A stretch of 58,006 nt of DNA, filler included, from Catajapyx aquilonaris (lineage: Eukaryota), in NCBI GenBank assembly GCA_000934665.2. It is 4 parts of 4 records of this genome, joined end to end, with 100 filler letters (N's around TTAATTAATTAA, not from the genome) between each part and the next. Parts side by side here need not be neighbours in the genome. Positions count along the whole stretch, not along the records: positions 1 to 15,006 come from JYFJ02007843.1; positions 15,107 to 29,359 come from JYFJ02007844.1; 2 more parts are not named here. One strand, written 5' to 3'. The position numbers and the translations under genes were made by a program. A model generated the notes under the pieces. The model was not told the origin of the DNA. It was given only the letters and a program-made list of their open reading frames with translations, and did not search any database. This document shows, one piece after another, positions 11,145 through 23,300 of this stretch; the stretch's first letter is position 1; each line of letters starts with the position of its first letter.

Positions 11145-11167
11145 CATTATTATTACTATAATTATTA
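9792..11167 (+). mobile_element. tRNA-derived SINE (family A) interrupted in its head by a LINE
   Basis: Head starts aggggaggcggagtggtgct at 9792 and resumes at 10788. (TTA)n tail, TSD ttaatccttataaca/ttaattcttataaca. Confidence 0.85.
9812..10787 (-). mobile_element. 5'-truncated RNase H-containing non-LTR retrotransposon (R1/LOA/I-group-like), ORF2 3' end plus 3' UTR
   Basis: RNase H motifs SDSMSALQAI and WVKAHVGVAGNEAADQAAK, and C-terminal CPCG...DHMLWHC knuckle. One frameshift near 10357 (repair gives SGHGPFLTYLVRFG). 15-bp TSD aggcggagtggtgct. Confidence 0.88.
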
Positions 11168-11766
11168 TTAATTCTTATAACAGACTCTGGATATAGTGAA
11201 AACTTGCCTGATGCAGTCCTGGCAGAAAGACAGGATTTTCCTTCCTCTTAGTCAGAACTAATAAAACCTGTCTCACACATTGGCAGTTTGGGTCACAGCT
11301 GATAAGCTATTCTCTTGTATTGGTATAAGCTCAAACATTTCAATTGACAAAATAGTTTTCAGCATTTTCTTCTCCTCACAGTAGATCTCATTTAAACTTT
11401 TACCAATAGCTTGGATGGTAGTGACGGCCTCTGACCATATACAATGTGTTACATGTCTGAGAAAACTCAAGGAGTCTAGTTACAGCCTGACAGATGACCC
11501 CCTACTCTCAGTCTCTTACAATATATTTGACAGGTCAGTGATGTGCAAGTGGCCAGCCTAGCATGGGTCGAAATTAGCCATTCAATAAGGAGAGGGGTAT
11601 TCCTCCCTAACTGCTCAGATAATGACAATTTAATTATATTTAAATCTAAAAAAGTTGTATGCCGTTAATATTTGGGTGGAAATATATTATCGATGAGATT
11701 TGGGGAAAGCAGGATATGGCATACACTGAAGGTCAAGGTCAACAGCTTCCTTTGCAGAATGTTACT

Positions 11767-12457
<691 letters not shown>

Positions 12458-12764
12458 GACATCCACTTGCCATTTGCTGATGTCACCAAAAGTTTGTGCC
12501 TTTTCCTATAGGGTCATTCCACCTCAATTCAGGGAACGTGGTGGCTCGACCAACTCCGATTTTCTTGAAAATTTTCATACGGGTATACATGGGGGAGACA
12601 TTTCAAAATCCGAAGTTTAAACTCCGCAGGACAATATGGAGCCAAGATATGGCCGATTCAAAAATTGCGATTTTTGAGTTGCAGAGTACTGAAATTCTTT
12701 TTTTATATCCGTAACACTATCCACCTAATCAATATACACATACATATATATATATATATACATA

Positions 12765-14191
12765 TGAGGCATTCCACGTCAAGCGGGCCACCTTTCCGAC
12801 AAATCTTCGAGGACTTTGACCAAATTGTAATGACATGTACTACTCATCGACCTATGCCGGAAGCCAAAATATTATACCTCTGCGTTGCGTGGTTGCGTAA
12901 CTACAGGGTGCGGAATCTACCAATTTATGCGGATTTTTGCAACGCATGCAGTCACTTGGATTACCATAACTCCCAGAGGATAAGTGCAAATGCTAAACTT
13001 GATGTATGCGTTGGATACGTATTTTAACGCTCTATAAGATGGCCATACCGATGATTAAGAGAATCAAAAATTTAAAGTCAAAAATTGGCGCTCCAATTTT
13101 GATTTTGATTTTTCTCAAACTTGGACATTTTTGATTTTTTTTGAATGACTCTTAAAATGAAGCTGGAAATGTCTGGCCAATATTTTCGAAAACTTCCCGA
13201 GACCGAAATGGGTCTTTCTCGCGCTATAAGCCGCAACGCAACCCGTGTACGGATTTTTGCTTAGCATGCAGTCACTTGGATTACCATAACTCCCAGAGGA
13301 CAAGTGCAAATGCTAAACTTGATGTATGCGTTGGATACGTATTTTAACGCTCTATGAGATGGCCATACTGATGATTACGAGAATCAAAAATTTAAAGTCA
13401 AAAATTGGCGCTCCAATTTTGATTTTGATTTTTCTCAAACTTGGACGTTTTTGATTTTTTTTGAATGACTCTTAAAATGAAGCTGGAAATGTCTGGCCAA
13501 TATTTCCGAAAACTCTACGAGACCGAAATTGGTCTTTCACGCGCGATAAGCCAAAACGCAAACCGTGTGCATGCACGTGGACCATCCAAGCGAAGATCTA
13601 TCGTTTGTACTGATCTGAAATAAATCATAAGTGACCAACAAAGAGCAATACACTAGTACTGCATTGGACAGGTCTAATCATGTCAGTGTTTGGTGTCAAA
13701 TTATACTCCCACTGTACCCGGTACTTCGAGAGCGCGAGTTCTGTCATACGCATGACGTAGGCACTTATGATTTATTTCAGATCAGTACAAACGATAGATA
13801 TTCGCTTGGATGGTCCACGTGCATGCACACGGTTTGCGTTTTGGCTTATCGCGCGTGAAAGACCAATTTCGGTCTCGTAGAGTTTTCGGAAATATTGGCC
13901 AGACATTTCCAGCTTCATTTTAAGAGTCATTCAAAAAAAATCAAAAACGTCCAAGTTTGAGAAAAATCAAAATCAAAATTGGAGCGCCAATTTTTGACTT
14001 TAAATTTTTGATTCTCTTAATCATCGGTATGGCCATCTTATAGAGCGTTAAAATACGTATCCAACGCATACATCAAGTTTAGCATTTGCACTTATCCTCT
14101 GGGAGTTATGGTAATCCAAGTGACTGCATGCGTTGCAAAAATCCGCATAAATTGGTAGATTCCGCACCCTGTAGTTACGCAACCACGCAAC
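12765..14191. mobile_element. Foldback-type non-autonomous DNA element (GAGGCATTCC terminus) with about 430-bp inverted arms and a 320-bp internal direct duplication
   Basis: 13762-14191 is the near-perfect reverse complement of parts of 12884-13633. Direct units start at 12944 and 13264. A diverged copy of the left end lies at about 50892-51330. Confidence 0.8.
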
Positions 14192-15006
14192 TGGGAGGTA
14201 ATGAACCGCAGAATCCAGGGAGATGATTCATTTACATATATCCACAAAGTACCGGACACTGAAAAATTATCTAAATCTGCACTTTCAATCTCATTTGTCT
14301 GAACTCATTACGTCACTCTGGTGAGTCGGAACTGTACGAAATTTGGTCATCTTGCTGAGTAACGTACTGTAGAGCTGATATCAAAATTGGAATGCAATAG
14401 TCCAAGTCCTTCATACGGAAATAAATTCCTCGAATCCGGGTTTTTATCGAATTTGTGATTTTCGACCAAAAATTTCGGCATCTGGGGCTGGATCGATTTT
14501 CGTTTTTGTGGCCTTAAAACGTGCAGTGCACCATGCTCCTTCAGGCCATATGTGATTTATTTGGTCTCCGACATTGATAAGTGCGTAGCGAACATTTTAG
14601 TGAGGCTCCAATTCTACATGTCACGCTTCACCAGGGGAATCCCCTCTGTCAAAATTGCATGACAAATCTGCAAGAAACTGCAGCGTATGTGTAGACTGTG
14701 GTACCTTTTATTGTATTCATCCATACACTCACTTATTTGAGTGATAAAACATTGATGTTGACCATTTCCGTAATCATATTCGGATGCTGGTTTCTATGAA
14801 ACATTTGTAGGCCTACATATGCTATAATGCATGCCTGGTAGTTTTTTAATCTGTGTATTTTGGTCAAGCAGTAAAAATCATGATTTTGTATGTTTAGTTC
14901 CTTGTCCTCTATTAGTGGGGGCTCTTAGCGAGATGAAGGGGACAAGTTGGACAAAAGCACCAAACTTTGCATGGAGTTTTGTTTGGTCCTATGCTAATAA
15001 TTTTTG

Positions 15007-15106
15007 NNNNNNNNNNNNNNNNNNNNNNNNNNNNNNNNNNNNNNNNNNNNTTAATTAATTAANNNNNNNNNNNNNNNNNNNNNNNNNNNNNNNNNNNNNN
15101 NNNNNN
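15007..15106. other. Artificial contig-joining linker
   Basis: N44-TTAATTAATTAA-N44 (stop codons in all six frames). Confidence 0.97.
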
Positions 15107-16129
15107 CACAATATATGCACTTACCCCGTGTATGCACTTACCCCACTTCACCTTATACCTACCTGGAAAATTTCATAGCAATCTGAAGGCGTGTGTCAAT
15201 AGAGCAGTCCTGTTGATTGACACTTTGTGTTAATGTACCATTTATCAAGGTGAAAAACCAAAATACACAGACAAATTTTTACACCTCCTGAAAGTAGACT
15301 TCAAGACCTTTCTTTTGGTGCAATTTCATTAAAATTTGAGGATACACATTTTGGGAATGAGCTGTGAAAGTTTCAAGGTCATGCCAACAAATGTTATTGA
15401 TTAACGTGTGAAGATATGATCTCAGGACACATCTGACAGCATTTTTGGAATCGGAAGGTTTCTGTGCATAAGTACAAATATTTTCAACTTTCTACACCAA
15501 TTAGTTAACACACAATAAAATATTTTGAAAAACAAGTCGTGCCTTCACAACTCTGCCGTAGCCATTTTCACCCTCATTTCCCTGGCCACAGCTCAAGAAC
15601 TATAAGAGCTAGGAGGCTAAAATTTTCAGGATATTAGTTTCTCAGTACACAGTTTGCCCAGTTAAAATTTCAAGAAAATCTGAGATGGTGGGTGACATGG
15701 CTGGATGTACTGACATGGAATGACCCTATTGTCTCTGGACATTTCTAGCCCTTTTCAGACATAACCCATAGACAGGAACATGCAATTAATTTCCGCCTAT
15801 TTTTTAAGTTTCCTCTGTGTCATGCATGTGTAAATTTTCCACTTGCAATAGAAAGTTGAATATTTATTCTTGTTTCTCCCATGGGTTACCTGGATTATTA
15901 TGAAATACTCTACTGTGCTGCAACACTCACTCTATGCAAAAGTATAAGGTCATGGCACATGCTATAAAACCTCGTTGGTAGTGGTTTTGTCTAAACTTTT
16001 GTACCATCGCATAATTAAATGTGCCTTCATGCACACTACACATTATGTACTATAGCTGCCATTTCCTTACCTTCTTTCCAGGTGGGTTTGTGGGTTTGTC
16101 AATGATGGCTTCAAAAGGTAGCTGCGGAG

Positions 16130-16225
16130 GGTAGCCTGGGTGGGTGCAATCAATGGAACCCAGGCAATCAGGAAAGCTGGACATGCCCCAAAAGTCATGA
16201 GAAATAGTGGTGAGCATTCTTCTCA
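16130..16225 (-). pseudogene. PIF/Harbinger (HARBI1-like) transposase fragment
   Basis: DFWGMSSFPDCLGSIDCTH matches the Harbinger FPxxxGAIDCTH motif that carries the first catalytic Asp. Confidence 0.65.
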
Positions 16226-17188
16226 GGTTGGCAGCATGCAGATGTGTTGAGGCCGTAACGCCCTGGCAATTGCAAAGGTGACCAGCCTCTTGATGGTGTA
16301 ACACACTGTTGCCCACTGCGCACCTATGACTGCGGACTGCGCACCTATGAGGTCACCAGCACAGAGCTAATGAGTAATAATAATCATTAAAATACAGTTT
16401 TTTCATTCAGCAAGTCCAGTACATAGGTATGTGGACACAATTTTAATTTACCAATTGTTGCAAAAAGAAGGCTCAAGGTAAAGTCGAATTGCAAGTAATT
16501 ATGAACAATATGATTAGAAGTAGTTTCTAGCAAATTATTGCCATAGTAACCTTTGTGTAATGCTGATGTAGCCAAGGTCTGGCGACACAAAGCAACTCTA
16601 CGCTCTATATATTAAGCGCTGTGCACACACATAATCACACCATACCTGAAACATGCCAGTAGCGTAAAACTGCAAGGCCATGAGCAGTGGCTGAGGTGGC
16701 TGAGCGCTGAGGATTGTTCCAGTAACTCCGGTGCACTAGTACAAGTATGATTGAATCCAAATGTGAAGCACCATTGCCCAAGGGGGGTAATTTGGCGCAG
16801 TATAGTCATTGCTGCTGTTGCGCCAATAAACCATTACCCTGCCATTACTCAATCAACCCAAGGGGGTAACCACTTCGGTACTCCCAGGTACTCTTCAGGT
16901 ACCGCACCCTTTATTACTCCTTGGTACTCCTTGAATTTGGTACTCCAGTGTACACTTTTCAGTCAAGTGATTACCACCTTGCCATTGCCTTACCAAACTG
17001 CCGAACCTCGTCTGCACAAATTCCTAATCGCGAAACTCCTCCATCGGGTTTCACCGGTCTCTTCCGATCCTTTCCTGACGCATGGTCGCTGTCAGCAATT
17101 GCAGAAACCGTAAAGCTTACAAATCATCGAGATATTCACTCACTCATTCTTCCCCTGCGGCCGCCATCTTTGGAAATGGAGAAGACGG

Positions 17189-17936
17189 TAGTGTTGGGCC
17201 CAAAAAAGCTAAGCAGCTTTTTAAAAGCTGCTTTAGAAAAAAAGCAGTAATTACATACACTGCTTTGAGTTTGAGGAAAAGCTGCTTTTGGAGACAAACT
17301 GCTTTTTTGTTTTTTCTGCCTCTGCGTTCTGCCTTAAATCTGTTTAGATGGCGCGGAACACAGTCAAGTGAGTCAACAACACAGTCTGACTCTTCTGTAA
17401 GAATTTAATTAGCTGTTTGAATATGTTTATCTAGATATTTCTCCTTCCTGTTTCCATATACGTACAAAATAACCTGCGGCATTGTGACGCAATGTGAGAA
17501 ATTTCTTTATAAAATAAGTTTGAATTCTTTCTATTTCATGTGTTAGGTCCAGTGCCCAAACCGCGGCAGTGTATGTTACAACTGGTATTATTTTAGTATC
17601 TAACAATTTGAACGCCCTTTTTATATCCCTCACGCTCACCTTCAAGTTTACTAGTGTGGGTCACATACCGGATATCTCCGATATCCCTTTTGTCACTGGC
17701 CGTACTTGCTGTTTATGCAGCAATTGGAACTCCCAAGTATTTATACATGATGTTGTAATATAAAATAGATAAAATAAAAGTATAAAACGTCACGGAGCTA
17801 CTTTCAGTATTACTTTCATTACTTTGTGTCTTTGTTTAATCAACTTAAGTAAAAACTGCTTTTTAAAGCAGCTTTCTTTTGTAAGCAGTTACTACTGAAG
17901 CTGCTTTGTAAAAAAAGCAGCTTTTGCCCAGCACTA
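17189..17936. mobile_element. hAT-type non-autonomous element carrying a LINE fragment
   Basis: TIRs tagtgttgggc/gcccagcacta, 8-bp TSD GAAGACGG, subterminal aagcagc/gctgctt repeats. Confidence 0.82.
17427..17750 (-). pseudogene. LINE reverse transcriptase thumb-region fragment
   Basis: YKYLG motif near 17732-17746, then FKLLDTKIIPVVTYTAAVW...IERIQTYFIKKFL. Confidence 0.72.
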
Positions 17937-18424
17937 GAAGACGGCCGCAGCGGACGGCAGTGTTGCCAGTTCTAGTGATATACAAATCTTAAATACAAAT
18001 CCCTAAGTTCACTCCTAGAAATCCCTAGATATTTATCAAATATGCCCAAAAATATCTCTAAATATTAACTTATTCAATTCATTCATTATTTTTGGGATGC
18101 TGTTCGCTTTCCTAGGACCGTTAATAGGACATAAATCGCGCAGTGGCGACTTTCAGGAACTGGTGATTATCAATCGAATTGTGTATATCTGAATCAGATC
18201 GGAATAAAGTTATTTTTTAAATGTGCATACATGCATGTGCCTACGGTGGCAGTGGCAGGTAGGGCTGATAGCCGCAGCCGCTACCTTCTCTACCCCTCCT
18301 CTTCTGCCGAATAACTAGTGTGTGTGTTCTCTCCGGTGAATCGTCGCTTCTAATCGCGTCCAATATCCCGATATTGGCGAGAGAGTGACGTAATCGTTTC
18401 GCTTACTATCCCCTAGTCGGACGG

Positions 18425-18648
18425 AGGTATGCAATAATGGGTCGATCCACAAAAATGTCAAAATTGAGCGAAGTCCAGGAACATATCCCTAAAGGATCCT
18501 ACTTCATTCAGTTAAAATCACGCTGTTAAAATCTGCATACTTATGCCATAAATGACCGAAAAGGACAATGAATTAATTTCACAGGTATGACCTTCAAAGC
18601 CCCTTTTCTCAAAACTGTTCTCATGTGGGTATTATTGCATAACACCGC
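18425..18648. mobile_element. Dispersed MITE-like repeat, copy 1
   Basis: tgcaataatggg...ctaaaggatcctac...cagttaaaat is repeated at about 26660-26870; inverted end attattgcataacaccg. Confidence 0.65.
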
Positions 18649-19689
18649 CCAGCTAAGGGTCATTGTAGAATGGTTGGGTTTGTTTAAGGTGGAAATGAAG
18701 CTATAGGGTGGTTCCATTTCAGACCAGCCAGTGAGTGAAAAAAGGTGTCAAGTCATAGTCATCGATTTTTTTGAAGAAAAAAAAATATGTGAAACCCACA
18801 TCCAATTGAACTCTTATGGAGCAATCAGTTTTACGAGATTAAATTTAGTTATCGAGATATTAATATTTCTTATAAGAGGTACCAAAATCGTAATTACGGG
18901 AAGATGCACTTTTTCCCTTGGTTTCAATGAGTATATTTCGGGAACTGTTCTCAGATATTCCTTTATTCATTTTTTCAGATATTAATTTTTGAAATGTGCA
19001 TGTTGTAGCATGAAAACAAAAATCACCGCTCAGTAATAAATTCGTATCTCACTGAATACAAATACAGTATAATAATACCGAGTTTTGATATTATTATAAT
19101 TTAATAATAATATAATATATAATAATATAACGCATTCTACTTTGTATAGAAAAAATAAATATTAAATATTTACAAAGGCTTCTTCGAGAAAATATTTATT
19201 TGAAGGTTGCATATTGTAGGGCAATCACGAAAGTTGTCACTTTACTAAAATTGATATCTCACGTATAAAAAATATATTATCCCAAAAACACTTCCCTACG
19301 GAATTAAAAAAAGAAAGTAAGAGCTAGGCAATGACGGATAGAAATTACTTACACAACACGGGGCCACGTAAGAGACAAACGTCTCCCCACAGCCACACCT
19401 CCACACCACCTCGCCTGCGCTCCATCGTGCGGGAGGACCGGGGGGGGGGGGGNNNNGGGGGGGGGGGGGGAGGGGAATCAGAATTTTTGAAACTTGTGGG
19501 TCTCAGATCGTAATTTTTGGACCTCCCCAATTGTTGTCATTGAGTTGGACTGGAGACTGTAAATTAACAAATTAGTAATGGGATAACCTGTGCCATCCAC
19601 TAGTGCAACTTCCCCCACTGCACTGCTGAGTACGGACGGTGCCACTGGGACTGTAATGTCAGTTGTGTGTAACCTACAATGTGCATCAT

Positions 19690-20340
19690 TTGATTCGAAA
19701 CGGAATTAGTTCGCGAAACTGTACCTGCTCAAAAATCCCATCAGTGCAATGACACAAATCTCTCTGATGTCACTGCAATAACGTTCTCCAGCAGCTCCGG
19801 TTACGTGTGCGGTGTGCCCCCATAATCCCTCTGTAGATACAGATACTGTACAACGGACACTTCCGGCGAGGTGGCAGCAGATACGGGCCAACCTTGACCC
19901 TGTGCACTACTCCAACACACACACTGTCTTTTTGCACTTGGTGGAACCCGTATATCCTTATCAATCCAAGCAAAATGCATTGAGTATAGGTCTGACTGTC
20001 AAATGCACCAAACACAGCTGATAGGCACACAGAAAGTGGGTCATTGTCAAGGGTAGATTGGGTGCCCTTGGGTCATTGAGTGTGTCCATGAGTGTGTCTC
20101 AGGTTGCATTCTGGCAAGCAGTCTAGAGGTCTGAGTTTCCTGTCTCTGTCCTTGTGTGGAGGATGCAAACTTTCCAGGACATGCTACACTGTAAAGCCAC
20201 ATTGTCTCGGTAACTAGGTTGCGGATACCAAATATTATGTCACTTAAACATGAAGTGATCCACTCTTTCTCGGTATTAATATATGCTGATATACTGACAA
20301 AAATTAATATAATAATACCAAAGGAAATAAACAGCAATAA
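19690..20340 (-). pseudogene. Possible decayed intronless gene: hydrophobic anchor plus Cys-rich EGF-like repeats
   Basis: LFISFGIIILIFVSISA followed, across frameshifts, by CGFT, CLPECNxxxxHGH, GYTGSTKC, DYGG and CHCTDG. Confidence 0.35.
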
Positions 20341-23300
20341 ATCTGTTTCCGAGACGAATGTTTAAACTTCCCGAATGTGTCCCTCGTCGCTGGGGGCATT
20401 TTTAATTTTTTTTTGCTTCTACACAGTTCGTCTTAATGCCCTTCATGGTCCAGAACATACTAGTTAATGATAAGTAATTCTCCGCTCTTTGTGGCTCGCT
20501 TTTTTATACCCCGCAGGCAGTAAATGGAGAGTGCAAATAGTGTGATGTGCTGTAGAAGCACACTTTCTGTCACAGCTGCAGTAGATTTACAACTTTTTTA
20601 TTACGGGAACCAGAAATCCATGGAGTGAGGAACTTTCAAGTCTTTAAATGTTGCTCTCTATTGTGTTATTTTACGGAAATAGAAATTGATTAGGAAAGTG
20701 GTGGCACATAATAAATTAACTTACGCACAATAATGTAATATTCTGCATAAGGATGTTAATTCCTTTTAACTTATGCTGGAATGTAATTTGTAGTTTTAAA
20801 ATTAATTATATTTTATCTTATTATCAATAACTACATTATAATTTAAATTACACGATGGCTGTCATCTTGTAGTGTGAGGTTACAAAATAATAAATAATGA
20901 TAAAAATGGCGCCTGTGTTGTGTATCCATTAAGTGCCTACATTGCTTTCTCATATACCATGAAATGTTTTTACATGGAATAATAATAAAATAATAAATTG
21001 ACTTAATTATTTTTCTAATATGCAGGAAAAAGTTGGCCAAACACAACTCAAGATCAGGGTATTGAAATTAAAATGGGTTTTTATACACTGTACTATAATT
21101 ATAAGAAAGCTTTCTTATAGGCTCTGCAGGATTAAGGATAAATAAGACGACCAATAAGCTGCTTAGTGCTAGGAAATCATTAACTCTGAGAATCTCTTTA
21201 ATTATCAATACACACTATGTTCCTGAAGCAGGTCTGCCTTTACTGTATTTATAGCTTGCTGCTTGCCTATGAACATTCACATTAATAATGACAGCTACCT
21301 ATACCCGGTGGATTAAAAATACTTACAGCATTTTCCATCCATAATAAATTTATGGAGCAATTATTATTAATATCGAGTGTGCGGAATGCAAATCTCAACC
21401 CGTTATGACGAAAAGGGAAAGGTTGTGCAATGAAGTGAGGAATACTGGGCCAGCAGGGGGGTATTCCTTATACGCAAACTGGAGTGTAATCCCGAGTTGC
21501 ACTATGCTCGTCCTTTAGCCTCTCGACTCGCGGCCTAATTAGAATGCGGATAGCTTGCTGAAGTAATTGGCCTTGTCGTATTATTACGTAGTTCATGCAG
21601 TGTGTTAGCCTTCTGTAGGGCACGGGATTAAATGCAACAGAAGCCCCAAATTAAGTCTGCGGCGTAGTGACCCATTAGGTCTACCACAGCTCCAATTAGA
21701 TGTTGCTGCTCCAAAAGTCAGTGTGTGCTGATAATTCCAAATGAATTAAGCCAGGGACAAGTTCCGGGATCAGGCTTGCAAAATCCGGAGATTAGGACGT
21801 GAGGTCATGCGTGTTTCATAGGATTCGCAGAAAATTTTGCGCCAGTGATAAGTCACTTGTGTATAGATTTTAATTATAGATGCAAAACTTCACATATTTC
21901 TAATAAAGCATTTTCTGAGATTTTTTCAGGATAAGAATGGCATGGAATTGAATATGCATTTCAGAAGGTCCGTCCATTGTTTTATACTGTAAAGAATTTG
22001 AAATTTGAAATTAGATCAGCCAATGCAGTATGTTATATTAAAGACAAATTTTGTGATATGGACTTGCGTTTCATCGATGTTGATTTTTACACTTTGAAAA
22101 ATGTTCCCATGTGTACAGCATTTGTTCGTTTTGTTCGTATCATCGATCTCATTATCATTATGCTCATCATTATATCATCATCCTCTTCATGTTCCTGACC
22201 AGACACCAGAGGAGTCTCATGTATTGGTCATTTGAGATGGCAAGGTGTTTTGCTCACCTTCTCATCGCTGGCTAACTCGTCATGGGAATATCCAGTGAGA
22301 AAATGAATGAATGAATGAATGAATGAAATTTGTTCCGAAACTGCGCCAGAACCACATTTTTTAAATTACATTTTAAGCAAATTTGTGGAAAAGTAGACCT
22401 TTATGCCGCGGCTCTCACCGGCTAGATAAAAAAGTCCCAATATTCCATCAGCACCCCTGTCCAAATATTTGCTCATCCCATAAAGTGCATATTTGCATAT
22501 TTAATTATTCTTAAAAAGCAGCAGTGCCCTAAATCCTGGCACATTGTATTCCTTATACCCTTTCATCTAAGCTGATCAGTAATCTGAAACTAATCTCAGT
22601 AGTTCTCACCCCCAGAAGCGAAAAAGCGTGCTGCGTCATATGTAATAGTAAGATGTGGCAAAATTATGCCGAATTTCATTGGGCATAATTATGTTTCTAA
22701 AAATTGTGACTTGTTGAAATGTAGATAGGAATTTTTCTTTGATGTGTCCACATATGTAAGAAACTACAACCCGGAAGTACTGGGCGTCTTCAGCACACCT
22801 GAAAGCAAAACTGCTGGAAACAAAACGAGTGTCGCGATCCTGATGGTGCTCCCGCGTATTAAAAACTATGCGTCAGCACAATTTGCCGAGATTTCCCTGG
22901 GTGCAAAAGTTTCCTTTCCGGAAATAAGTAGGTTAATGCCGGCCTAATCATGCTCCGCCGCATTCCCTGCCAACATACCCTGAACGTATTATTTTACCTG
23001 TCCAGAACGGACTGAAAATTAAATCCCATTAGGCCGAGAGATCTGCTCACTTTTGCGAGTCTGAAATAACAGCAGCACGCAAGATGACAACGATGACACC
23101 TCCAGTGCAGTGCGTGATGTCTGCTGATTTCCCCCGAGAGTGCCGCGATTATGCTCCTCCACACCTTGAATGCACACATTTTAATAAGCACCGAGTGCCG
23201 CTGACTAATGAACACTCATCTGTTAGTGGCCCCGCTGCTACAAAACTTTCCAGTCTTCGCCATTTCAATTTGGTTATGGCCATATCAAAATCTTTTACAA

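Noticed and set aside
12511..15726. One element bounded by GGGTCATTCC...GGAATGACCC inverted ends
   Set aside because: The two ends are diverged from each other and lie on opposite sides of an artificial linker; they are more likely two members of a related family.
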